This document shows positions 31,939 through 44,200 of a DNA stretch of 63,493 nt, piece after piece (position 1 is the first letter of the stretch; every line of letters begins with the position of its first letter). The notes beneath the pieces were generated by a model that was given only the letters and a program-made list of their open reading frames with translations, ran no database searches and was not told where the DNA came from. Origin of the DNA: Malacoraja senta (taxonomy: Eukaryota); assembly GCA_038087875.1 (NCBI GenBank), contig JAXLNO010002817.1:508-64000 (forward strand), written 5' to 3'. The translations under genes and the position numbers were made by a program.

Positions 31939-34168
31939 TGTAGCGGCACCAAACGTGGTGAATAAAGAGGAGACCTGTCAGGCCGGTTCAAACAGTTGTT
32001 TATTCAAGGGTCGACACGTTAGGTTGGTGCGCTAACTATTATTAATGTTGTTGCTGAAGCTGAGCGAGGTTGTTCCCTCGGGCTCAGCTACCGGTTGAAC
32101 ACCTGGTGGTCTCGAGGTGAGATGACCTTAAGTACCAGGACACTCCCTCTAGCCCATGACGTCACGTGCCCGCCCTCGTACTTCCTGACGAGGGTTCGAG
32201 CATAAGTGGCCCGTGTATAGGCTGCCGCCACAGGACCCCCCCCCAGAACCAGAGGAAGGAATAGCATGGTCGAGGGCGTCTACTGCATGTGGGTCTGGGA
32301 CACCCCGGGCGTGGGTCGGGACGGAGGGCCCACGGGCGCAGTAACGCTCTGCGTGGGCGATCCCGAGGTACCGAGGGGTGCGAGGGGACCGATGCAGAAA
32401 CCGCCGGACGGAAGGAATAGCATGGTCGAGGGCGGCTACTGCATGTGGGTCTGGGACACCCCGGGCGTGGGTCGGGACGGAGGGCCCACGGGCGCAGTAA
32501 CGCTCTGCGTGGGCGATCCCAAGGTACCGAGGGGTGCGAGGGGACCGATGCAGTAACCGCCGGACAGAAGAGACACAGTCGCATCTCCTCGACCAGCTAA
32601 GGGAGAGTGTCCTGTAAAATGCGGCCCCCAGGAATGGCTGGGAGACGTCGTCATCTTTGAGGGGAAAAAAAAAAAAAAAAAGAAAACCCGAAATAAAATA
32701 AACAAACTAATTGCTGAACTCAGCGTGGTGCGTGGTGATGCAGTGAACACAAAATGAACAGAAAAAAAACACAAATTACAGTGCAATCAGTGCAAGTTCA
32801 AATTGTCCAATGTTCATAGTGCAGCATTTGAAAGCTGTGCAGCGTTGCAGTGACAGCCTCCGACCTGACAGTGGCGCTGTTGCCGGTAGTCAGGATGCAG
32901 GGACGACATCCAGCTGGAAGCTGGCGCTGTGGACGGCGGTGAGGCTGCAGTGACGGTATCCGGCCGGAAGGTGGCGCTGTTGATGGCGGTCAGGTGAGTT
33001 CGATCTTTTCTCAGCGGCCATTTTTGTAGTTTTGTTCGGCCGCTTGTTCAGGAGGCCGCGGCGGCCATTTTGCCGTCCGGCTGAGGCGGCCTTCACCAGC
33101 AATTGAATCCCTGAGCCGGACAGGCAGCCAGCCAGCACCCAGGGATCTTCGGAGTCCACGCCGGTGAGGAGGAAAAGGGCGTCTTCGGCAGGCGCCCCAG
33201 GTAAGACCGCCCTATCGGGTGGCCAGGCCCTCGGCAGCGGCCGGCGGGGCCAGGTGCGGTGCAGGACGTGGAGCCGTGGCTGCGGTGCGGTGCTGGGCGT
33301 GTAGCCGCGGCGAGCCTGTTGCAGTGCCGGGTCCGCGATGAGGTGAGGCCGGGGCACGGCCTGGAGCGGAGAGGCCCGGTGCAGTGCAGGGCCTGGAGCC
33401 ATGTTCGCGGTGTGAGGCCGGGCCCTGGTCCGTTGTCGGGAGTGGGAGAGCGGCAGGTACTCTCTCCGCTCCAGGAGCCGTCGGGCGTGCGTCGGGTTTG
33501 CTGTGGGCAGGAGGCTGCTACGCTCGCAGCTCCTGCAGCAGCTGGTGGGGCAACGGGGGCAGGTAAAACCTCTCCACTGCGGTAGTCGGCTCCGGGCAGG
33601 TCATGCGGGGGAGCTCGGTGGCCGTCACACAAGGCGGCCTGCCCCGTTGCCGGGAGCGGGAGAGCGGCGGCAGCCGTGGCTTCTTAGCTCCGGTGAGCAG
33701 CAGCTGGTGGGGAAGCGGCGGCATCCCAGATGTACGGCATACCTTATTGCAGGGCCGGGTTGGCGGCAGCGTAGTTCTGCAGGGCTGGGCAGTCGGATGC
33801 AGACATCAGGTCTCCCGAGGCTGCGAGCTTCAGGAGAAATCCAAATTTCAATTTGGACAGTCGGGGGTCACCAATGTAGCGGCACCAAACGTGGTGAATA
33901 AAGAGGAGACCTGTCAGGCCGGTTCAAACAGTTGTTTATTCAAGGGTCGACACGTTAGGTTGGTGCGCTAACTATTATTAATGTTGTTGCTGAAGCTGAG
34001 CGAGGTTGTTCCCTCGGGCTCAGCTACCGGTTGAACACCTGGTGGTCTCGAGGTGAGATGACCTTAAGTACCAGGACACTCCCTCTAGCCCATGACGTCA
34101 CGTGCCCGCCCTCGTACTTCCTGACGAGGGTTCGAGCATAAGTGGCCCGTGTATAGGCTGCCGCCACA
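31939..34168 (-). mobile_element. Non-autonomous LTR retrotransposon (2230 bp; Ty3/Gypsy-like, tRNA-Trp primed)
   Basis: Two 294-bp LTRs (31939-32232, 33875-34168), TGT...ACA, identical by eye. 4-bp TSD GGAC (31935-31938, 34169-34172). PBS TGGTGACCCCCGAC (33860-33873, minus) and a G-run PPT at about 32236-32244. Confidence 0.93.
33860..33873 (-). promoter_or_regulatory. Primer-binding site complementary to the tRNA-Trp 3' end
   Basis: TGGTGACCCCCGAC versus the canonical tRNA-Trp PBS TGGTGACCCCGAC (one extra C), 1 nt from the 5' LTR. Confidence 0.8.
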
Positions 34169-35265
34169 GGACACCATTTATAGGAAAGGCACTTTTCTTT
34201 CATTTCAGTAGTTAAAACAGATTTACGGACTACACTCAAATAACTTTTTCAGATATCTACAACTTAGAGATTACGTTAAATCTAATACACAAGATTATAG
34301 GACTAGGGAACCAGAAATCCTTGATGAATGTTTGAATAAACATCCTAATACAGAAAAATTTATAACATATGTATAACACCCTCTTAGATAGCGAGATCCC
34401 ATCGATGGAATTATATAGACACACATACGAAAATGAATTAGGCCAACCTATAACGAAAGATATTTAGGACGAAAATCTACAATATATACATCACTGCTCG
34501 TTAAATGCCAGACATGCCTTAATACATTTTAAGTATTACACAGATTACACTACTCTAAAAACACTAAATAGAATCTTCCCACATATCTCTCCTATCTGTG
34601 ATAAATGTCAGCATCTAGAGGCTAACATAACGCATACTTTTGTTAATTGTACAAAAATCAAATTTTCTGGATTGATGTTTTTAGAATAAATTCTGAAGTT
34701 GTCAATACCCAATTGGATCCCGACTCAAAACTAATAATACTAGGAATATCAGAATAAAACCTAACACTCACAACAAGCCAAAGAAACTTTCTTTACTATA
34801 GTATAATAACATGGAAAAAATTAATATTAACATTTTGTTAAGGCCCTATATCCCCCACAATTAAAGTGTGGATTATGGAAATGTCGGAGACCCTACACTA
34901 GCAAAGAATTAGACTTGTCTTAATGGACAAACAAGAACTTTATGTCAGAACATGGTCTCCATTCATTGACTATATGAAGGGGTAGTTTAGTTCAGCACGG
35001 GAACCTAACTGAAGCTTGAAGGATTAGATGAAATGTTATACTTTATAATTTACGAACCTATCTCCAAATGATGTATTATTAGTAAATTATTCCATTCTTT
35101 TTTTATCATACCATTTGTTTTTCTTTCTTTCTCCCTTACTCTCTATATATAAACATAACTAGCAGCAGAATCAATTCACAACTGATATTATTAATAATGT
35201 ACGACATATAGATGAAATGTTTTTATTATGATATGTGCTTGCTTCTAATAAAAATATATTTTTTA

Positions 35266-38200
35266 AAAAGCAAATGGCGGTTTGCTTTGAAAATGCAAAA
35301 GGTTTGCTTTGAAAATGTAAATGGTGGTTTGCTTTGACAATGCAAAAGGGGGTTTGCTTTGAAAATGCAAAAGGTGGTTTCCTTTGAAAATGCAAAAGGT
35401 GGTTTGCTTCGAAAATGCAAAAGGTGGTGTAGATTGAAAATGCAAATGGTGGTTATGTTTGGAAATGCAAAGGGTGGTTTGCTTTGAAAATGCAAATGGT
35501 GGTTTTGATTGAAAATGCAACTGGTGATTTTGTTTGGAAATGCAAAAGGTGGTTTGCTTTGAAAATGCAAAAGGTGGTTTGGTTTGAAAATGCAAAAGGT
35601 TGTTTGGTTTGAAAATGCAAATGGTGGTTTGGTTTGAATATGCAAAATGTTTGCTTTGAAAATGCAAATGGTTTGCTTTGAAAATGCAAAAGGAGGTTTG
35701 CTTTCAAAATGGAAAAGGTGGTTTGGTTTGAAAATGCAAATGGTGGTTTGATTTGGAATTGTAAAATGTGGTTTGGTTTGAAAATGCAAAAAGGTTTGCT
35801 TTGAAAATGCAAAAGGTGGTTTGTTTTGAAAATGTAAAAGGTGGTTTGCTTTGAAAATGCAAAAGGTGGTTTGCTTTGAAAATGCAAAAGGTGGTTTGCT
35901 TTGAAAATGTAAACCGTGGTTTGCTATGAAAATGCAAAACATTTGAATAGAAAATGCAAAAACTTTGCTTTAAAAATGCAAAGATTTGCTTTGAAAATGC
36001 AAAAGGTGGTTTGCTTTGACAATGCAAAAGGTGGTTTGCTTTGAAACTGCAAACGGTGGTTTCCTTTGAAAATGCAAAAGGTGGTTTGCTTCGAAAATGC
36101 AAAAGGTGGATTAGTTTGAAAATGCAAATGGTGGTTTTGTTTGGAAATGCAATAGGTGGATTGCTTTGAAAATGCAAATGGTGGTTTGGTTTGAAAAAGA
36201 AACGTGATTTGGTTTGAAAATGCAAATGGTGTTTTGATTCGAAAATGCAAAAGGTGGTTTGCTTTGAAAATGCAAAATGTAGTTTGCTTTGAAAATTCAA
36301 AACGTGGTTTGCTATGAAAATGCAAATGGTGGTTTACTATGAAAATGCAAAAGGTTTGCTTGAAAAATGCAAAAGGTGTGGTTTAAAAATGCCAAAGGTG
36401 TGGTTTGAAAATGCAAAAGAGTTGCTTTGAAAGTGCAAAAGGTGGTTCGCATTGAAAATGCAAAAGGTGGTTTGTTTTGAAAATGCAAATTGTGGTTTGG
36501 TTTGAAAATGCAAAATGTTTGGTTTGAAAATGCAAAAGGTTTGGATTGAAAATGCAAATGGTGGTTTGGTTTGAAAATGCACAAGGTGGTTTGGTTTGAA
36601 AATGCAAAAGGTTGTTTGGTTTGAAAATGAAAATGGTGGTTTGGTTTGAATATGCAAAATGTTTGCTTTGAAAATGCAAATGGTTTGCTTTGAAAATGCA
36701 AAACGAGGTTTGCTTTGAAAATGGAAAAGGTGGTTTGGTTTGAAAATGCAAATGGTGGTTTGGTTTGAAAATGCAAAAGGAGCTTTGGTTTAAAAATGCA
36801 AATGGTGCTTTGGTTTGAAAATGCAAAAGGTTTACATTTAAAATGCAAATGGTTGGCTTTGAAAATGTAAAAGGTGGTTTGCTTTGAAAATGCAAAAGAA
36901 GGTTTGCTTTGAAAATGCCAAAGGTGGTTTGCTTTGAAAATGCCAAAGATAGTTTGCTTTGAAAATGTAAAAGGTGGTTTGCTTTGAAAATGCAAAAGGT
37001 GGTTTGCTTTGAAAATGCAAAAGGTGGTTTGCTTTGAAAAATGCAAAAGGTGGTTTGCTTTGAAAATGTAAACCGTGGTTTGCTATGAAATTGCAAAACA
37101 TTTGCATAGAAAATGCAAAAGGTATGCTTTAAAAATGCAAAGATTTGCTTTGAAAATGCAAAAGGTGGTTTGCTTTGACAATCCAAAAGGTGGTTTGCTT
37201 TGAAACTGCAAAAGGGGGTCTCCTTTGAAATTGCAAAAGGTGGTTTGCTTCGAAAATGCAAAAGTGGAATAGTTTGAAAATGCAAATGGTGGTTTTGTTT
37301 GGAAATGCAATAGGTGGATTGCTTTGAAAATGCAAATGGTGGTTTGGTTTGAAAAGGCAACGTGATTTGGTTTGAAAATGCAAATGGTGGTTTGGTTTGA
37401 AAATGCAAAATGAGGTTTGGTTTGGAAATGCAAATGGTGGTTTGCTCTGAAAATGCAAATGGTGGTTTGGTTTGAAAATGCACACGCTGGTTTAGTTTGA
37501 AAATGAAAATGGTGGTTTGGTTTGGACATGCAAAAGGTTGCATTGAAAATGCAAAAAGGTTTGCTTTAAAAAATGCAAAGGTTTGCTTTGAAAATGCAAA
37601 AGGAGATTTGGTTTGAAAATTCAAAAGGTGGTTTGCGTCGAAAATGCAAAAGTTGGTTTAGTTTGAAAATGCAAATGGTGGTTTTGTTTGGAAATGCAAA
37701 AGGTGGTTTGCTTTGAAAATGGAAATGTTGGTTTGGTTTGAAAATGCAACGTGATTTGGTTTGAAAATGCAAATGGTGATTTAGTTTGAAATTACAAAAG
37801 GAGGTTTCCTTTGAAAATGCAAAGGATGTTTTGCTTTGAAAATGCAAAACGTGGTTTGGTTTGAAAATGCAAGTTGTAGTTTGGTTCGAAAATGCAAATG
37901 GTGGTTTGGTTTTGAAAATGCAAAAGGAGGTTTGGTTTGAAAATGCAAATGGTGGTTTTGTTTGAAAATGCAAATGGTGGTTTGGTTTGAAAATGCAAAT
38001 GGTGGTTTGATTTGGAATTGTAAAATGTGGTTTGGTTTGAAAATGCAAAAAGGTTTGCTTTGAAAATGCAAAAGGTGGTTTGTTTTGAAAATGTAAAAGG
38101 TGGTTTGCTTTGAAAATGCAAAAGGTGGTTTGCTTTGAAAATGCAAAAGGTGGTTTGCTTTGAAAATGTAAACCGTGGTTTGCTATGAAAATGCAAAACA

Positions 38201-41200
38201 TTTGAATAGAAAATGCAAAAGCTTTGCTTTAAAAATGCAAAGATTTGCTTTGAAAATGCAAAAGGTGGTTTGCTTTGACAATGCAAAAGGTGGTTTGCTT
38301 TGAAACTGCAAAAGGTGGTTTCCTTTGAAAATGTAAAAGGTGGTTTGCTTCGAAAATGCAAAAGGTGGATTAGTTTGAAAATGCAAATGGTGGTTTTGTT
38401 TGGAAATGCAATAGGTGGATTGCTTTGAAAATGCAAATGGTGGTTTGGTTTGAAAAAGCAACGTGATTTGGTTTGAAAATGCAAATGGTGTTTTGATTCG
38501 AAAATGCAAAAGGTGGTTTGCTTTGAAAATGCAAAATGTAGTTTGCTTTGAAAATTCAAAACGTGGTTTGCTATGAAAATGCAAATGGTGGTTTACTATG
38601 AAAATGCAAAAGGTTTGCTTGAAAAATGCAAATGGTGTGGTTTAAAAATGCCAAAGGTGTGGTTTGAAAATGCAAAAGGGTTGCTTTGAAAGTGCAAAAG
38701 GTGGTTCGCATTGAAAATGCAAAAGGTGGTTTGTTTTGAAAATGCAAACTGTGGTTTGGTTTGAAAATGCAAAATGTTTGGTTTGAAAATGCAAAAGGTT
38801 TGGATTGAAAATGCAAATGGTGGTTTGGTTTGAAAAGGCACAAGGTGGTTTGGTTTGAAAATGCAAAAGGTTGTTTGGTTTGAAAATGCAAATGGTGGTT
38901 TGGTTTGAATATGCAAAATGTTTGCTTTGAAAATGCAAATGGTTTGCTTTGAAAATGCAAAACGAGGTTTGCTTTGAAAATGGAAAAGGTGGTTTGGTTT
39001 GAAAATGCAAATGGTGGTTTGGTTTGAAAATGCAAAAGGAGCTTTGGTTTAAAAATGCAAATGGTGCTTTGGTTTGAAAATGCAAAAGGTTTACATTTAA
39101 AATGCAAATGGTTGGCTTTGAAAATGTAAAAGGTGGTTTGCTTTGAAAATGCAAAAGAAGGTTTGCTTTGAAAATGCCAAAGGTGGTTTGCTTTGAAAAT
39201 GCAAAAGATAGTTTGCTTTGAAAATGTAAAAGGTGGTTTGCTTTGAAAATGCAAAAGGTGGTTTGCTTTGAAAATGCAAAAGGTGGTTTGCTTTGAAAAA
39301 TGCAAAAGGTGGTTTGCTTTGAAAATGTAAACCGTGGTTTGCTATGAAATTGCAAAACATTTGCATAGAAAATGCAAAAGGTATGCTTTAAAAATGCAAA
39401 GATTTGCTTTGAAAATGCAAAAGGTGGTTTGCTTTGACAATGCAAAAGGTGGTTTGCTTTGAAATTGCAAAAGGGGGTCTCCTTTGAAATTGCAAAAGGT
39501 GGTTTGCTTCGAAAATGCAAAAGTGGATTAGTTTGAAAAAGCAAATGGTGGTTTTGTTTGGAAATGCAATAGGTGGATTGCTTTGAAAATGCAAATGGTG
39601 GTTTGGTTTGAAAAGGCAACGTGATTTGGTTTGAAAATGCAAATGGTGGTTTGGTTTGAAAATGCAAAATGAGGTTTGGTTTGGAAATGCAAATGGTGGT
39701 TTGCTCTGAAAATGCAAATGGTGGTTTGGTTTGAAAATGCACACGCTGGTTTGGTTTGAAAATGAAAATGGTGGTTTGGTTTGGACATGCAAAAGGTTGC
39801 ATTGAAAATGCAAAAAGGTTTGCTTTAAAAAATGCAAAGGTTTGCTTTGAAAATGCAAAAGGAGATTTGGTTTGAAAATTCAAAAGGTGGTTTGCGTCGA
39901 AAATGCAAAAGTTGGTTTAGTTTGAAAATGCAAATGGTGGTTTTGTTTGGAAATGCAAAAGGTGGTTTGCTTTGAAAATGGAAATGTTGGTTTGGTTTGA
40001 AAATGCAACGTGATTTGGTTTGAAAATGCAAATGGTGATTTAGTTTGAAATTGCAAAAGGAGGTTTCCTTTGAAAATGCAAAGGATGTTTTGCTTTGAAA
40101 ATGCAAAACGTGGTTTGGTTTGAAAATGCAAGTTGTAGTTTGGTTCGAAAATGCAAATGGTGGTTTGGTTTTTTAAAATGCAAAAGGAGGTTTGGTTTGA
40201 AAATGCAAATGGTGGTTTTGTTTGAAAATGCAAATGGTGGTGTGGTTTGAAAATGCAAGTTGTAGTTTGGTTCGGAAATGCAAATTGTGGTTTGGTTTGA
40301 AAATGCAAAAGGAGGTTTGGTATGAAAATGCAAATGGTGGTTTGCTTTGAAAATGTAAAAGGTGGTTTGCTTTGAAAATGCATACGGTTTGCATTGAAAA
40401 TAGAAAAGGTTTGCTTTAAAAATGCAAAGGTTTGCTTTGAAAATGCAAAAGGTTTGGTTAGAAAATGCAAAAGGTGGTTTGTTTTCAAAATGTAAATTGT
40501 GGTTTCGTTTGAAAATGCTAAAGGATTGGTTTGAAAATGCAAAAGGTTTGCTTTGAAAATGCAAAAGATGGTTTGCTTTGAAAATGCAAAAGGTGGTTTG
40601 GATTGAAAATGCAAATGGTGGTTTGGTTTGGAAATGCAAAAGGTGGTTTGCTTTGAAAATGCAAAACGTAGTTTGCTATGAAAATGCAAAAGGAGTTGTG
40701 ATATGAAAATGCAAAAGATTTGCTTTGAAGATGCAAAAGATTTGCTTTGACAATGCAAACGGTTTGCTTTGAAAATGCAAATGAAGGTTTGCTTTGAAAA
40801 TGCAAATGGTGGTTTGGTCTGAAAATGCATAAGGTGGTTTTGTTTGAAAATGCAAATGGTGGTTAGGTTTGTAAATGCAAATGGTGGTTTGGTTTGAAAA
40901 TGCAAATGGTGGTTTGTTTTGAAAATGCAAATGGCTTGCTTTGAAAATGCAAACGGTATGCATTAAAATTGCAAAAGGTTTGCTTTGAAAATGCAAAAGG
41001 TGGTTAGCTTTGAAATTGTAAAAGGTGGTTTGGTTTGAAAATGCAAATGGTGGTTTGGTTTGGAAATGCATAATGTGGTTTGGTTTGAAAATGGAAAAAG
41101 GTTTGCTTTAAGAATGCAAAAGATTTGCTTTCAAAATGCAAAAGTTACTTTGCTTTGAGAATGCAAATGGTGGTTTGGTTTGAAAATGCAAATGGTGGTT

Positions 41201-44200
41201 TCGTTTGAAAATGCAAAACGTTTGATGTGAAAATGCAAAAGGTTTGCTATGAAAATGCAAAAGGTGGTTTGCTTTGAAAATGCAAAACGTGGTTTGCTTT
41301 AAAAATGCAAAAGGTGTATTGCTTTGAAAATGCAAATGGTGGTTCGCTTTGAAAATGCTACTGGTGGATTGGTTTGAAAATGCAAATCGTGGTTTGGTTT
41401 GAAAATGCAAACGGAGGTTTGGTTTGAAAATGCAAATGCAAAAGGTTTGCAAATGCAAATGGTGCTTTGGTTTGGAAATGCAAATGGTGGTGTGGTTTGA
41501 AAATGCAAAAGGTTTGCTTTGAAAATGCAAAAGGTGGTTTGCTTTGAAAATGCAAATGGTGATTTGGTTTGAAAATGCAAAAGGTTTGCATTTAAAATGC
41601 AAATGGTTTGCTTTGAAAATGTAAAAGGTGGTTTGCTTTGAAAATGCAAAAGGAGGTTTGCTTTGAAAATGCAAAAGATAGTTTGCTTTGAAAATGTAAA
41701 AGGTGGTTTGTTTTGAAAATGCAAAAGGTGGTTTGCTTTGAAAATGCAAAAGGTGGTTTGCTTTGAAAATGCAAAAGGTGGTTTGCTTCGAAAATGCAAA
41801 AGGTGGATTAGTTTGAAAATGCAAATGGTGGTTTTGTTTGGAAATGCAATAGGTGGATTGCTTTGAAAATGCAAATGGTGGTTTGGTTTGAAAAAGCAAC
41901 GTGATTTGGTTTGAAAATGCAAATGGTGTTTTGATTCGAAAATGCAAAAGGTGGTTTGCTTTGAAAATGCAAAATGTAGTTTGCTTTGAAAATTCAAAAC
42001 GTGGTTTGCTATGAAAATGCAAATGGTGGTTTACTATGAAAATGCAAAAGGTTTGCTTGAAAAATGCAAAAGGTGTGGATTAAAAATGCCAAAGGTGTGG
42101 TTTGAAAATGCAAAAGGGTTGCTTTGAAAGTGCAAAAGGTGGTTCGCATTGAAAATGCAAAAGGTGGTTTGTTTTGAAAATGCAAATTGTGGTTTGGTTT
42201 GAAAATGCAAAATGTTTGGTTTGAAAATGCAAAAGGTTTGGATTGAAAATGCAAATGGTGGTTTGGTTTGAAAATGCACAAGGTGGTTTGGTTTGAAAAT
42301 GCAAAAGGTTGTTTGGTTTGAAAATGCAAATGGTGGTTTGGTTTGAATATGCAAAATGTTTGCTTTGAAAATGCAAATGGTTTGCTTTGAAAATGCAAAA
42401 CGAGGTTTGCTTTGAAAATGGAAAAGGTGGTTTGGTTTGAAAATGCAAATGGTGGTTTGGTTTGAAAATGCAAAAGGAGCTTTGGTTTAAAAATGCAAAT
42501 GGTGCTTTGGTTTGAAAATGCAAAAGGTTTACATTTAAAATGCAAATGGTTGGCTTTGAAAATGTAAAAGGTGGTTTGCTTTGAAAATGCAAAAGAAGGT
42601 TTGCTTTGAAAATGCCAAAGGTGGTTTGCTTTGAAAATGCAAAAGATAGTTTGCTTTGAAAATGTAAAAGGTGGTTTGCCTTGAAAATGCAAAAGGTGGT
42701 TTGCTTTGAAAATGCAAAAGGTGGTTTGCTTTGAAAAATGCAAAAGGTGGTTTGCTTTGAAAATGTAAACCGTGGTTTGCTATGAAATTGCAAAACATTT
42801 GCATAGAAAATGCAAAAGGTATGCTTTAAAAATGCAAAGATTTGCTTTGAAAATGCAAAAGGTGGTTTGCTTTGACAATGCAAAAGGTGGTTTGCTTTGA
42901 AACTGCAAAAGGGGGTCTCCTTTGAAATTGCAAAAGGTGGTTTGCTTCGAAAATGCAAAAGTGGATTAGTTTGAAAATGCAAATGGTGGTTTTGTTTGGA
43001 AATGCAATAGGTGGATTGCTTTGAAAATGCAAATGGTGGTTTGGTTTGAAAAGGCAACGTGATTTGGTTTGAAAATGCAAATGGTGGTTTGGTTTGAAAA
43101 TGCAAAATGAGGTTTGGTTTGGAAATGCAAATGGTGGTTTGCTCTGAAAATGCAAATGGTGGTTTGGTTTGAAAATGCACACGCTGGTTTGGTTTGAAAA
43201 TGAAAATGGTGGTTTGGTTTGGACATGCAAAAGGTTGCATTGAAAATGCAAAAAGGTTTGCTTTAAAAAATGCAAAGGTTTGCTTTGAAAATGCAAAAGG
43301 AGATTTGGTTTGAAAATTCAAAAGGTGGTTTGCGTCGAAAATGCAAAAGTTGGTTTAGTTTGAAAATGCAAATGGTGGTTTTGTTTGGAAATGCAAAAGG
43401 TGGTTTGCTTTGAAAATGGAAATGTTGGTTTGGTTTGAAAATGCAACGTGATTTGGTTTGAAAATGCAAATGGTGATTTAGTTTGAAATTGTAAAAGGAG
43501 GTTTGGTTTGAAAATGCAAATGGTGGTTTGCTTTGAAAATGCAAAAGGTGGTTTGCTATGAAAGTTTAAAAGGTGATTTCCTTTGAAAATGCAAAGGATG
43601 TTTTGCTTTGAAAATGCAAAACGTGGTTTGGTTTGAAAATGCAAGTTGTAGTTTGGTTCGAAAATGCAAATGGTGGTTTGGTTTTGAAAATGCAAAAGGA
43701 GGTTTGGTTTGAAAATGCAAATGGTGGTTTTGTTTGAAAATGCAAATGGTGGTTTGGTATGAAAATGCAAGTTGTAGTTTGGTTCGGAAATGCAAATTGT
43801 GGTTTGGTTTGAAAATGCAAAAGGAGGTTTGGTATGAAAATGCAAATGGTGGTTTGCTTTGAAAATGCAAAAGGTGGTTTGCTATGAAAATGTAAAAGGT
43901 GGTTTGCTTTGAAAATGCAAAAGTTGGTTTGCTTTGAAAATGCAAAAGGTGGCTTGCTATGAAAATGCAAAAGATGGTTTGCTATGAAAATGCATAAGGT
44001 TTGCATTGAAAATAGAAAAGGTTTGCTTTAAAAATGCAAAGGTTTGCTTTGAAAATGCAAAAGGTTTGGTTAGAAAATGCAAAAGGTGGTTTGTTTTCAA
44101 AATGTAAATTGTGGTTTCGTTTGAAAATGCTAAAGGATTGGATTGAAAATGCAAAAGGTTTGCTTTGAAAATGCAAAAGATGGTTTGCTTTGAAAATGCA

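Larger units (their letters stand above)
31471..35265 (+). mobile_element. L1-clade LINE 3' half (ORF2 C-terminus and 3' UTR), interrupted by an LTR element
   Basis: SKKHLCKSKTNGGLAIPNVLFYFWA...DCLPFEIGSIMFAPTKL.... The sequence gatgggac|...|accatttataggaaagg matches the uninterrupted copy at about 3970. AATAAA at 35247 and an A-rich tail. Confidence 0.88.

Noticed and set aside
32890-33971. Overlapping 108-179-aa ORFs as gag
   Set aside because: Present on both strands owing to high GC, with no gag, zinc-knuckle or protease motif recognised.
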